From positions 109,723 through 173,722 of the forward strand of contig CAXHJY010001001.1 in assembly GCA_964016885.1 (NCBI GenBank): a stretch of DNA of 64,000 bases. Reading direction: 5' to 3'. The notes under the pieces were generated by a model. It saw only the letters and a list, made by a program, of their open reading frames with translations. It was not told the DNA's origin and did not search any database. Source of the DNA: Eledone cirrhosa. Lineage: Eukaryota. The position numbers and the translations under genes were made by a program. Positions within the stretch are counted from its first letter, which is position 1. Every line of letters begins with the position of its first letter. Below are positions 1 through 12,562 of the stretch, piece by piece.

Positions 1-3000
1 AGAGACCAGCGGCTAGAGGTGTGTTGGCTCGGACAGAGACCAACGGCTAGAGGTGTGTTGGCTCAGACAGAGACCAGCAGCTAGAGGTGTGTTGGCTCGG
101 ACAGAGACCAGCGGCTAGAGGTGTGTTGGCTCGGACAGAGACCAACGGCTAGAGGAGTGTTGGCTCGGACAGAGACCAGCAGCTAGAGGTGTGTTGGCTC
201 AGACAGAGACCAGCGGCTAGAGGTGTGTTGGCTCAGACAGAGACCAGCAGCTAGAGGTGTGTTGGCTCAGACAGAGACCAGCGGCTAGAGATGTGTTGGC
301 TCGGACAGAGACCAGCGGCTAGAGGTGTGTTGGCTCGGACAGAGACCAGCGGCTAGAGGTGTGTTGACTCGGACAGAGACCAGTGGCTAGATGAGTGTTG
401 ACTCGGACAGAGACCAGTGGCTAGAGGTGTGTTGACTCGGACAGAGACCAGCGGCTAGAGGAGTGTTGACTCGGACAGAGACCAGCGGCTAGAGGAGTGT
501 TGACTCGGACAGAAACCAGTGGCTAGAGGTGTGTTGACTCGGACAGAGGCCAGCAGCTAGAGGTGTGTTGACTCGGACAGAGACCAGCGGCTAGAGGTGT
601 GTTACCTCGGACAGAGACCAGCAGCTAGAGGTGTGTTGGCTCGGACAGAGACCAGCGGCTAGAGGTGTGTTGGCTCGGACAGAGACCAGTGGCTAGAGGT
701 GTGTTGGCTCGGACAGAGACCAGTGTAGAGGAGTGTTGACTCGGACAGAGTCCAGTGGCTAGAGGTGTGTTGGCTCGGACAGAGACCAGCGGCTAGAGGT
801 GTGTCGGCTCGGACAGAGACCAGCGGCTAGAGGTGTGTCGGCTCGGACAGAGACCAGCGGCTAGAGGTGTGTTGGCTCGGACAGAGACCAGCAGCTAGAG
901 GAGTGTTGGCTCGGACAGAGACCAGTGGCTAGAGGTGTGTTGGCTCGGACAGAGACCAGCGGCTACAGGTGTGTTCGCTCGGACAGAGACCAGTGTAGAG
1001 GTGTGTTGGCTCGGACAGAGACCAGCAGCTAGAGGTGTGTTGGCTCGGACAGAGACCAGTGTAGAGGAGTGTTGGCTCGGACAGAGACCAGTGGCTAGAG
1101 GTGTGTTGGCTCGGACAGAGACCAGTGGCTAGAGGAGTGTTGGCTCGGACAGAGACCAGTGGCTAGAGGTGTATTGGCTCGGACAGAGACCAGTGGCTAG
1201 AGGTGTGTTGCCTTCGACAGAGACCAGTGGCTAGAGGTGTGTTGGCTCGGACAGAGACCAGCGGCTAGAGGTGTGTTGGCTCGGACAGAGACCAGTGGCT
1301 AGAGGTGTGTTGGCTCGGACAGAGACCAGTGGCTAGAGGTGTGTTGGCTCGGACAGAGACCAGTGGCTAGAGGTGTGTTGGCTCGGACAGAGACCAGCGG
1401 CTAGAGGTGTGTTGGCTCGGACAGAGACCAGTGGCTAGAGGTGTGTTGGCTCGGACAGAGACCAGCAGCTAGAGGAGTGTTGGCTCGGACAGAGACCAGC
1501 AGCTAGAGGTGTGTTGACTCGGACAGAGACCAGTGGCTAGAGGTGTGTTGGCTCGGACAGAGACCAGCAGCTAGAGGTGTGTTGGCTCAGACAGAGACCA
1601 GCAGCTAGAGGTGTGTTGGCTCGGACAGAGACCAACGGCTAGAGGTGTGTTGGCTCAGACAGAGACCAGCAGCTAGAGGTGTGTTGGCTCGGACAGAGAC
1701 CAGCAGCTAGAGGTGTGTTGGCTCAGACAGAGACCAGCAGCTAGAGGTGTGTTGGCTCAGACAGAGACCAGCAGCTAGAGGTGTGTTGGCTCGGACAGAG
1801 ACCAACGGCTAGAGGTGTGTTGGCTCAGACAGAGACCAGCGGCTAGAGGTGTGTTGGCTCAGACAGAGACCAGTGGCTAAAGGTGTGTTGGCTCAGACAG
1901 AGACCAGCGGCTAGAGGTGTGTTGGCTCAGACAGAGACCAGCGGCTAGAGGTGTGTTGGCTCGGACAGAGACCAGCAGCTAGAGGTGTGTTGGCTCAGAC
2001 AGAGACCAGCAGCTAGAGGTGTGTTGGCTCGGACAGAGACCAGCAGCTAGAGGTGTGTTGGCTCGGACAGAGACCAGCGGCTAGAGGTGTGTTGGCTCGG
2101 ACAGAGACCAGCAGCTAGAGGTGTGTTCGCTCAGACAGAGACCAGCGGCTAGAGGGGTGTTGGCTCGGACAGAGACCAGCAGCTAGAGGTGTGTTGGCTC
2201 GGACAGAGACCAGCAGCTAGAGGTGTGTTGGCTCGGACAGAGACCAGTGGCTAGAGGTGTGTTGGCTAGGACAGAGACCAGTGGCTAGAGGTGTGTTGGC
2301 TCGGACAGAGACCAGCGGCTAGAGGTGTGTTGGCTCGGACAGAGACCAGTGGCTAGAGGTGTGTTGGCTCGGACAGAGACCAGCAGCTAGAGGAGTGTTG
2401 GCTCGGACAGAGACCAGCAGCTAGAGGTGTGTTGACTCGGACAGAGACCAGTGGCTAGAGGTGTGTTGGCTCGGACAGAGACCAGCAGCTAGAGGTGTGT
2501 TGGCTCAGACAGAGACCAGCAGCTAGAGGTGTGTTGGCTCGGACAGAGACCAACGGCTAGAGGTGTGTTGGCTCAGACAGAGACCAGCAGCTAGAGGTGT
2601 GTTGGCTCGGACAGAGACCAGCAGCTAGAGGTGTGTTGGCTCAGACAGAGACCAGCAGCTAGAGGTGTGTTGGCTCAGACAGAGACCAGCAGCTAGAGGT
2701 GTGTTGGCTCGGACAGAGACCAACGGCTAGAGGTGTGTTGGCTCAGACAGAGACCAGCGGCTAGAGGTGTGTTGGCTCAGACAGAGACCAGTGGCTAAAG
2801 GTGTGTTGGCTCAGACAGAGACCAGCGGTTAGAGGTGTGTTGGCCCAGACAGAGACCAGCGGCTAGAGGTGTGTTGGCTCGGACAGAGACCAGCAGCTAG
2901 AGGTGTGTTGGCTCGGACAGAGACCAGCAGCTAGAGGTGTGTTGGCTCGGACAGAGACCAGCGGCTAGAGGTGTGTTGGCTCGGACAGAGACCAACGGCT

Positions 3001-5657
3001 AGAGGTGTGTTGGCTCAGACAGAGACCAGCAGCTAGAGGTGTGTTGGCTCGGACAGAGACCAGCGGCTAGAGGTGTGTTGGCTCGGACAGAGACCAACGG
3101 CTAGAGGAGTGTTGGCTCGGACAGAGACCAGCAGCTAGAGGTGTGTTGGCTCAGACAGAGACCAGCGGCTAGAGGTGTGTTGGCTCAGACAGAGACCAGC
3201 AGCTAGAGGTGTGTTGGCTCAGACAGAGACCAGCGGCTAGAGATGTGTTGGCTCGGACAGAGACCAGCGGCTAGAGGTGTGTTGGCTCGGACAGAGACCA
3301 GCGGCTAGAGGTGTGTTGACTCGGACAGAGACCAGTGGCTAGATGAGTGTTGACTCGGACAGAGACCAGTGGCTAGAGGTGTGTTGACTCGGACAGAGAC
3401 CAGCGGCTAGAGGAGTGTTGACTCGGACAGAGACCAGCGGCTAGAGGAGTGTTGACTCGGACAGAAACCAGTGGCTAGAGGTGTGTTGACTCGGACAGAG
3501 GCCAGCAGCTAGAGGTGTGTTGACTCGGACAGAGACCAGCGGCTAGAGGTGTGTTACCTCGGACAGAGACCAGCAGCTAGAGGTGTGTTGGCTCGGACAG
3601 AGACCAGCGGCTAGAGGTGTGTTGGCTCGGACAGAGACCAGTGGCTAGAGGTGTGTTGGCTCGGACAGAGACCAGTGTAGAGGAGTGTTGACTCGGACAG
3701 AGTCCAGTGGCTAGAGGTGTGTTGGCTCGGACAGAGACCAGCGGCTAGAGGTGTGTCGGCTCGGACAGAGACCAGCGGCTAGAGGTGTGTCGGCTCGGAC
3801 AGAGACCAGCGGCTAGAGGTGTGTTGGCTCGGACAGAGACCAGCAGCTAGAGGAGTGTTGGCTCGGACAGAGACCAGTGGCTAGAGGTGTGTTGGCTCGG
3901 ACAGAGACCAGCGGCTACAGGTGTGTTCGCTCGGACAGAGACCAGTGTAGAGGTGTGTTGGCTCGGACAGAGACCAGCAGCTAGAGGTGTGTTGGCTCGG
4001 ACAGAGACCAGTGTAGAGGAGTGTTGGCTCGGACAGAGACCAGTGGCTAGAGGTGTGTTGGCTCGGACAGAGACCAGTGGCTAGAGGAGTGTTGGCTCGG
4101 ACAGAGACCAGTGGCTAGAGGTGTATTGGCTCGGACAGAGACCAGTGGCTAGAGGTGTGTTGCCTTCGACAGAGACCAGTGGCTAGAGGTGTGTTGGCTC
4201 GGACAGAGACCAGCGGCTAGAGGTGTGTTGGCTCGGACAGAGACCAGTGGCTAGAGGTGTGTTGGCTCGGACAGAGACCAGTGGCTAGAGGTGTGTTGGC
4301 TCGGACAGAGACCAGTGGCTAGAGGTGTGTTGGCTCGGACAGAGACCAGCGGCTAGAGGTGTGTTGGCTCGGACAGAGACCAGTGGCTAGAGGTGTGTTG
4401 GCTCGGACAGAGACCAGCAGCTAGAGGAGTGTTGGCTCGGACAGAGACCAGCAGCTAGAGGTGTGTTGACTCGGACAGAGACCAGTGGCTAGAGGTGTGT
4501 TGGCTCGGACAGAGACCAGCAGCTAGAGGTGTGTTGGCTCAGACAGAGACCAGCAGCTAGAGGTGTGTTGGCTCGGACAGAGACCAACGGCTAGAGGTGT
4601 GTTGGCTCAGACAGAGACCAGCAGCTAGAGGTGTGTTGGCTCGGACAGAGACCAGCAGCTAGAGGTGTGTTGGCTCAGACAGAGACCAGCAGCTAGAGGT
4701 GTGTTGGCTCAGACAGAGACCAGCAGCTAGAGGTGTGTTGGCTCGGACAGAGACCAACGGCTAGAGGTGTGTTGGCTCAGACAGAGACCAGCGGCTAGAG
4801 GTGTGTTGGCTCAGACAGAGACCAGTGGCTAAAGGTGTGTTGGCTCAGACAGAGACCAGCGGCTAGAGGTGTGTTGGCTCAGACAGAGACCAGCGGCTAG
4901 AGGTGTGTTGGCTCGGACAGAGACCAGCAGCTAGAGGTGTGTTGGCTCAGACAGAGACCAGCAGCTAGAGGTGTGTTGGCTCGGACAGAGACCAGCAGCT
5001 AGAGGTGTGTTGGCTCGGACAGAGACCAGCGGCTAGAGGTGTGTTGGCTCGGACAGAGACCAGCAGCTAGAGGTGTGTTCGCTCAGACAGAGACCAGCGG
5101 CTAGAGGGGTGTTGGCTCGGACAGAGACCAGCAGCTAGAGGTGTGTTGGCTCGGACAGAGACCAGCAGCTAGAGGTGTGTTGGCTCGGACAGAGACCAGC
5201 AGCTAGAGGTGTGTTGGCTCGGACAGAGACCAGCAGCTAGAGGTGTGTTGGCTCGGACAGAGACCAGCGGCTAGAGGTGTGTTGGCTCGGACAGAGACCA
5301 ACGGCTAGAGGTGTGTTGGCTCGGACAGAGACCAGCAGCTAGAGGTGTGTTGGCTCGGACAGAGACCAGCAGCTAGAGGTGTGTTGGCTCGGACAGAGAC
5401 CAGCGGCTAGAGGTGTGTTGGCTCGGACAGAGACCAACGGCTAGAGGTGTGTTGGCTCAGACAGAGACCAGCAGCTAGAGGTGTGTTGGCTCAGACAGAG
5501 ACCAGCGGCTAGAGGTGTGTTGGCTCGGACAGAGACCAGCAGCTAGAGGTGTGTTGGCTCAGACAGAGACCAGCAGCTAGAGGTGTGGTGACCCGGACAG
5601 AGACCAGCAGCTAGAGGTGTGGTGACTCGGACAGAGACCAGTGTAGAGATGTGTTGA
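1..5657. repeat. 34-bp satellite (AGAGACCAGCGGCTAGAGGTGTGTTGGCTCGGAC), ~166 copies, open at window start, with 2952-bp higher-order repeat
   Basis: 34-bp period visible from base 1. Rare variants (ccttcgac, ggctacagg, ggctaaagg, 32-bp cagtgtagag units) recur at +2952, e.g. identical ORFs at 935 and 3887. Confidence 0.97.
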
Positions 5658-5772
5658 TCCACAAAAGTGATAGGGAGAGGGGAGCAAAGGAAGAAAATGA
5701 ATGAGACAAGATCACACAAACATCATCTGATCACTTCAGCTCTCAGACCGGCTGTGGTTTCACGTGATTTAT

Positions 5773-6841
5773 CCCTTTACCATTTAAACTGGTCATATCC
5801 GGCCACAATCCTCTCACCTCTTTCTGCTGAAACCGGCTGTAACTGGCTGCTCATACTGATGTTAAGGTATTGTTCTTAAAATATGTAATATCAAAATCTC
5901 ATAGATTCTTTATTATGTGAGGTAAAGCTTTACTGTGAAAATACAATAGTATATATAGAGCAATGTAAATGTTATGTGAGGTATTATGTGAGGTAAAGCC
6001 TTTACTGTGAAAATACAATAGTATATATAGAGTAATGTAAATGTTATGTGAGATATTATGTGAGGTAAAGCCTTTACTGTGAAAATACAATAGTATATAT
6101 AGAGTAATGTAAATGCTATGTGACATATTATGTGGAGTAAAGCCTTTACTGTGAAAATACAATAGTATATATAGAGTAATGTAAATGTTATGTGAGATAT
6201 TATGTGAGGTAAAGCCTTAACTGTGAAAATACAATAGTATATATAGAGTAATGTAAATGTTATGTGAGATATTATGTGAGGTAAAGCCTTAACTGTGAAA
6301 ATACAATAGTATATATATAGAGTAATGTAAATGTTATGTGAGGTATTATGTGAGGTAAAGCCTTTACTGTGAAAATACAATAGTATATATAGAGTAATGT
6401 AAATGTTATGTGAGATATTATGTGAGGTAAAGCCTTTACTGTGAAAATACAATAGTATATATAGAGTAATGTACATGTTATGTGAGATATTATGTGAGGT
6501 AAAGCCTTTACTGTGAAAATACAATAGTATATATAGAGCAATGTAAATGTTATGTGAGATATTATGTGAGGTAAAGCCTTTACTGTGAAAATACAATAGT
6601 ATATATAGAGTAATGTAAATGTTATGTGAGATATTATGTGAGGTAAAGCCTTTACTGTGAAAATACAATAGTATCTAGAGTAATGTAAATGTTATGTGAG
6701 ATATAATTTGAGATAAAGCCTTTACTGTGAAAATACAATAGTATCTAGAGTAATGTAAATGTTATGTGAGATATTATGTGAGGTAAAGCCTTTGCTGTGA
6801 AAATACAATAGTATATATAGAGTAATGTAAATGGTAAAGGG
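5773..6841. mobile_element. Putative non-autonomous piggyBac-like element (MITE) carrying an internal minisatellite
   Basis: Perfect 14-bp terminal inverted repeats CCCTTTACCATTTA (5773-5786) and TAAATGGTAAAGGG (6828-6841), flanked by TTAT (5769-72) and TTAA (6842-45). CCC...GGG ends with a TTAA target site are typical of piggyBac. Confidence 0.6.
5910..6832. repeat. 72-bp AT-rich minisatellite, ~13 copies
   Basis: Unit ATTATGTGAGGTAAAGCCTTTACTGTGAAAATACAATAGTATATATAGAGTAATGTAAATGTTATGTGAGAT; gives the 24-aa repeats in the ORF track. Confidence 0.95.
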
Positions 6842-7129
6842 TTAAGATATCTCCCAATTCATAATGCAGTCCAATCAATCAGGGAAATATATTGATACTT
6901 CTAGACCATATCAACTTTATTATTTAATAGTTTGTGAGGGAGGTGGGACATCTTAGATCTCCCTTTAACTACCATAACGTGTGGCATAGCAAGTATTTAT
7001 CATAAAATTTATGACATTTTATATTAGAAGCTTGTCATATTTTATGAGCTGTGATTTAGTTGGTACATCTAACGGATCTCTGAACGATGGAGAGACCTGG
7101 TACTGGGGTGGGGGTGGAGGGTGGATGTT

Positions 7130-7345
7130 TATAGAGAGAGGGAAAGAGAGAGGAAGGTATAGAGAGAGGAAAGTATAGAGAGAGGTAGAGAGAGGGTAAA
7201 AGAGAGTGAAAGGAAGGTATCTAGAAGGAGAGAAAGAGAGAGGGAGAAGAAGATATAGAGAGAGAGGGGAAAGAGAGAGAGGTAGAGAGGAAGGTATGTA
7301 GAGAGAGGAGAGGAGAGAGAAAGAGAGAGAAAGCGGGAGAGAGGG
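7130..7345. repeat. GA-rich polypurine low-complexity tract
   Basis: Imperfect (GA)n/GGAA run. Confidence 0.85.
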
Positions 7346-7432
7346 AACTGTGTAGTGAGTTTAACATCTTGTTGGTAGATTAGTTACAATGATAAATTGA
7401 ACTTAGTAACATTGAGTATTGATAGTAGGTCA

Positions 7433-7467
7433 CATATATATATATATATATATATATATGTATTATA

Positions 7468-7504
<37 letters not shown>

Positions 7505-7833
7505 GTGTATATATATATATATATATGTGTATATATATATATAGATATATATATATATATATAGGTGTCTATGTGTGAATATATGTCTTTATTCGTATGT
7601 GTGTATTTATGTATGTATATGTTTATGTGTATGTATGTATGTGTATGTATGTATGTATATATATATATATATATATATGTATATGTATATATATATATAT
7701 GTATATTATTCTTTATTATTATAATATAACTTATGTGTATATGTGTATAAGTGAGGTTGTGTATGTGTATATAATATGTGTATATATAAGTGTAAAAAAA
7801 TATATATATATATATGTGCATGTCTGTTTTTTA

Positions 7834-7874
<41 letters not shown>

Positions 7875-7993
7875 GTGTGTATATATATATATATATATAT
7901 ATGTGGGTGTTTGTATGTGTATTTATGGTGGTATGAGTGTGTGGATATATATGTTTATATATATATATATATATATGTGTATGAGTGTATGTG

Positions 7994-8032
<39 letters not shown>

Positions 8033-8333
8033 ATATATATGTATATATATATATGTGTATGTATGTGTCTATATATATATATCTCTATTAATGCGTGTGT
8101 GTATGTATATACATATGCCTTTTTATTATTATTTTTATTTGTATGTCTGAGTTAGGTGAGGTTGTAGTGTTTTTTATGTATATACGCATATATGGAAGCG
8201 TATGTATTTATATATATGAGTATAAGTAGGTGCATATGTATGTATGATTATATATCTAATTCTATGTATGAGTGTACATCTATATATATATATGTGTGTA
8301 TGTAAGTTGTGTGTGTATGTATCTATATGTCTA

Positions 8334-8382
<49 letters not shown>

Positions 8383-8461
8383 CGATGTGCGTATATGTAT
8401 GTACATATATGTACATGTATGTGTGTATGTATGTGTATGTATATTTAGATGTATGTGTATG

Positions 8462-8504
<43 letters not shown>

Positions 8505-8780
8505 ATATATATATGGATATATATCTTTATTATTTATTTTTTATATATATGTGTATGTGTGTATGTGTTGCGTGTGTGTGTGTGTGTATATATATATCTT
8601 TATATATGTGTATGTGTATGTTCGTGTAAGTGTATGTGTGTGTATGACTGTATATGTATGTGTGTATGTGTGTATGCGTAAATATTTCTATGTGCGCGTA
8701 CATGTATGTATGTGTATATATCTGTATGTGTATGTATATTATATTATATTTATTATATTTTATTGTTTTATTTTTTTATT
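7433..8780. repeat. Compound (TA)n/(TG)n/(TATG)n microsatellite region
   Basis: Direct inspection; source of the Y/I/C/V-rich spurious ORFs. Confidence 0.92.
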
Positions 8781-9320
8781 TTTCTTAATTTATAGATACA
8801 TTTATATTAGGCAGTCTGCTCAGACAATTGAATACTGACCCCTCCCCCCCCTCCCACCTAATTTCTGTATCTTGATCTTGAAATGTGTGTGCCAGTGTTT
8901 TATGTGAGTGATTTAATATCCATGTGCTTATGATTTTATATCCACATATATAAATGTGAGTGGGGGTGTGTGTGTGTTTGTATGTTCGTGGTTATGTGTA
9001 TATTTATGCATATACGCGCGTGTATGTGTGATTGTACTGATATGTGTGAGTACGAAAAAATATATTTATATGCTTGACTCCATAAGTATCAATGCGCATC
9101 TTATCAGCGCATTTTAAGCTTACAGAGATATTAACCTTGAAATTTTGTGTTTGCATCCATCTTTTTAGTATGCGTATACAAGTTATACATACATTTTTGT
9201 AAAATATGTGTAAGGATTTTACATGTATATACACACACCGAACTGCTTTTAACCCTTTGTGTTTTCATTGGTCAATTTTGAACTGAAATTTTGAATTGTT
9301 GTTATTATCAATAAATATAC

Positions 9321-9475
9321 TTCATTATTTCTGAAGACGGCGTATATATGTGTTAGGTATGTATATTTAATCTTGATAATTTGTATAATTTTGTATAATT
9401 TTGTACATAGATCTGTTGAATATGCATACCAATTATAACACATATATACCCTAGAAACGATCGTTAAATAATGAA
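9321..9475 (+). ncRNA. Type I hammerhead ribozyme motif with intact core and very long helix II (Penelope-like-element type)
   Basis: Helix I TTCATTATTT(9321-30)/AAATAATGAA(9466-75). Core CTGAAGA 9331-37. Helix II GTATATATGTGTTA/TAACACATATATAC plus GGTATGTATATTTAA/TTGAATATGCATACC. GAAA 9454-57, palindromic helix III ACGATCGT, cleavage triplet GUU ending 9465. Confidence 0.75.
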
Positions 9476-9532
9476 CTTTTTTTGTTTAATATAAGGAATT
9501 GTTTATTCATTATTTGTTTAATATTTTATATA

Positions 9533-9633
<101 letters not shown>

Positions 9634-9778
9634 GCTGTGTGTGTATATGACTAGTATCTGAAATGTTAAGACCCTCTTCCTGTTATTTCAAGCGTTAAAC
9701 TAATATATTTCTTCCATGTATTGTGTTGTTTGGTTTGTTATTTTTGTTATTACTTTTAAATGTATATACATATATATA

Positions 9779-9945
9779 TCATCATCAACATCATCATCAT
9801 TTAACGTCCATCTTCCTCACTAGCATGGGTTAGACGGGAGTTGTCCCACTTGAGCCAAGGCTGTTCGAGTGACCGTGTCTCTCTCGTATAGGACTATCTG
9901 GCAGGTTTTCTACGGCTGGATGCCCTTTCTAACACCAACAACATA
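9779..9945 (-). mobile_element. 3' part of SINE family A (minus strand) with (ATG)n tail
   Basis: Reverse complement contains GTTGGTGTTAGAAAGGGCATCCAGCCGTAGAAA and GGACGTTAAATGATGATG, matching the plus copy at 11084-11189. Confidence 0.8.
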
Positions 9946-10498
9946 TACAGCGTGGACTGGGAGGTTTTTACCGTGTTACCTACATGGCCACATTACAGCG
10001 TGGACTGGGAGGTTTTTACCGTGTTACCTACATGGCCACATTACAGCGTGGACTGGGAGGTTTTTACCGTGTTACCTACATGGCCACATTACAGCGTGGA
10101 CTGGGAGGTTTTTACCGTGTTACCTACATGGCCACATTACAGCGTGGACTGGGAGGTTTTTACCGTGTTACCTACATGGCCACATTACAGCGTGGACTGG
10201 GAGGTTTTTACCGTGTTACCTACATGGCCACATTACAGCGTGGACTGGGAGGTTTTTACCGTGTTACCTACATGGCCACATTACAGCGTGGACTGGGAGG
10301 TTTTTACCGTTTTACCTACATGGCCACATTACAGCGTGGACTGGGAGGTTTTTACCGTGTTACCTACATGGCCACATTACAGTGTGGACTGGGAGGTTTT
10401 TACCGTGTTACCTACATGGCCACATTACAGTGTGGACTGGGAGGTTTTTACCGTGTTACCTACATGGCCACATTACAGTGTGGACTGGGAGGTTTTTT
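9946..10498. repeat. 48-bp minisatellite, ~11.5 near-identical copies, derived from SINE A internal segment
   Basis: Unit TTACAGCGTGGACTGGGAGGTTTTTACCGTGTTACCTACATGGCCACA; aligns to the reverse complement of 11043-11079. Confidence 0.95.
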
Positions 10499-10851
10499 GT
10501 CGTGACCCATACACGATCTCATTTATTTGGACTGGATGTTGTGGTACCAACATAACTTTACAGAGAAAGGGTGGTGTTGGTGGAAGTGGGAGGATAGGGT
10601 AGGGGTAGTGGGTTGGGGTGTATATTTGGTTAAGAGGTGCCTACTGACTGTAGGTTTCGCTTTGTACATAGGCAAGGCGGGTCTTCTGTATTATATATCT
10701 ATTTGATCTATCTCTCTCTCTATATATATATATATGTATATACATATGTATATATATACATATATATATATATATACATAAGTACCTATATATATATATA
10801 TATATACATATGTATATACATACATAAGTATATATATATATATGTATATAT

Positions 10852-11189
10852 GGAGGCACATGGCTTAGTGGTTAGAGCATTGGCCTTGCAATCGAAAGGT
10901 TGTGAGTTCAATTCTCAGACCGGGTGATGTGTTGTTTTTTTGAGCAAGACACTTTATTTCACATTCCTCCAGTTTACTCAGCTGTAGAAATGAGATGATA
11001 GGGACTGGGGTCCCTATCATTCCACTGCAAAGTGGTCGTGGAGGTGCCACGGCAAAAAATCACCCAGCACTCACTGTAAATGAGGTTGGTGTTAGGAAGG
11101 GCATCCAGCTGTAGAAATCAAGCCAGAATCAGTTCCCGTCCCACCCTTGCAAGCAGGGAAAAGCGGACGTTAAATGAAATGATGATGAT
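10852..11189 (+). mobile_element. tRNA-derived SINE (family A), near full length
   Basis: A box TGGCTTAGTGG (10861-71), B box GAGTTCAATTC (10904-14), CORE-like TTGAGCAAGACACTT, central GGAAGGGCATCCAGC motif, (ATG)n tail. Confidence 0.8.
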
Positions 11190-11220
11190 ATATATATATG
11201 TATTTTTTTTTTTTTTTTTT

Positions 11221-11418
11221 ATATAGATGAGATTCTACAGGACTAGAACTGTTTCATTCTTTAGAAATCACCAGGAATCTGGCCAGATTCCTGATGATTT
11301 CTAAAGAATAAAACAGTTCTAGTCCTGTAGAATTTCATCTATATGAAAACTTTTATACTCTGCTATGTATTGAGTACCTTACTTACTGTGGTTACCTCTG
11401 ATTCAACCCGGAATAACT
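11221..11418. mobile_element. Penelope-like terminal-repeat fragment: 124-bp palindrome with two inverted hammerhead motifs plus 3' extension
   Basis: 11221-11344 is a near-perfect palindrome centred at TGG|CCA (11282/3). Each arm reads AGATTC-CTGRTGA-TTTCTAAAGAAT-RAAACAG-TTCTAGTC-CTGTA-GAATYT. A second copy of the right part lies at 18522-18648. Confidence 0.65.
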
Positions 11419-11446
11419 TACCTTATATATATAAGGTAAGTTATTC

Positions 11447-11466
11447 CATATATATATATTTATATA

Positions 11467-11550
<84 letters not shown>

Positions 11551-11655
11551 AACATATATATATATAAACATATATATATATATATATATAAATATATATA
11601 AATATAAATATATATAAATATATATATATATATAAATATATATAAATATATATAA

Positions 11656-11747
<92 letters not shown>

Positions 11748-11819
11748 ATATATATATAAATATATATATATAAATATATATATATAAATATATATATATA
11801 TGTATATAAATATATATAT

Positions 11820-11914
<95 letters not shown>

Positions 11915-12383
11915 GTGCCAGTGTTAACCAGTGTATATTTACAATCTCCTCAACAATATGGAATCCTTTTCAGTCAATCTGATCCATCTTTACTTGATCT
12001 TAGTAACACACCAGTAGTGTGTATATACATATATATATATATATAAACATACATATATATGTATAAACATACATATATATGTATGTTTATATATATATAT
12101 ATATATGTATCTATGTACATATATATGTGTATGTGTATATATATGTATATAAATGTATGTTTTTATATATATATATATATATATATGTATCTATGTACAC
12201 ATATATGTGTATGTGTATATATATATGTATATATATGTGTATATATAAATATATATATATATGAATGTTTAATTATATATATGTATCTATGTACATATAT
12301 ATATTTATATATATGTGTGTATATGTATATATATATATATAAATATGTATGTTTATATACATATATATCTATGTAGATATATA

Positions 12384-12447
<64 letters not shown>

Positions 12448-12450
12448 TAT
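11447..12450. repeat. (TA)n/(TAAA)-interrupted microsatellite tracts
   Basis: Direct inspection, with a short unique spacer at ~11915-12018. Confidence 0.9.
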
Positions 12451-12504
12451 ATTATAATAAAATAACAGGTGGCTGGACTGGTGTAAATCCTTGAAAGGTT
12501 TATT

Positions 12505-12562
12505 ATACTTTGATCATTTCAATGACCGGGTTCTGTATGAATCCGGTGATATCATCAGGTAT
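12505..12562 (-). ncRNA. Degenerate type I hammerhead motif inside a 34-bp inverted repeat (12451-12484 / 12618-12651)
   Basis: Minus strand: ATAC-CTGATGA-TATC-ACCGGATTC-ATACA-GAACCCGGT-CATT-GAAA-TGATCA-AA-GTAT. The conserved U of the NUH triplet is replaced by A. Confidence 0.55.

Noticed and set aside
9869-10602. ORFs in all three plus frames with 16-aa repeats
   Set aside because: Translation of the SINE-derived 48-bp minisatellite.
10852-10925. tRNA gene
   Set aside because: Has A and B boxes but no convincing acceptor stem and continues into a SINE body and tail.
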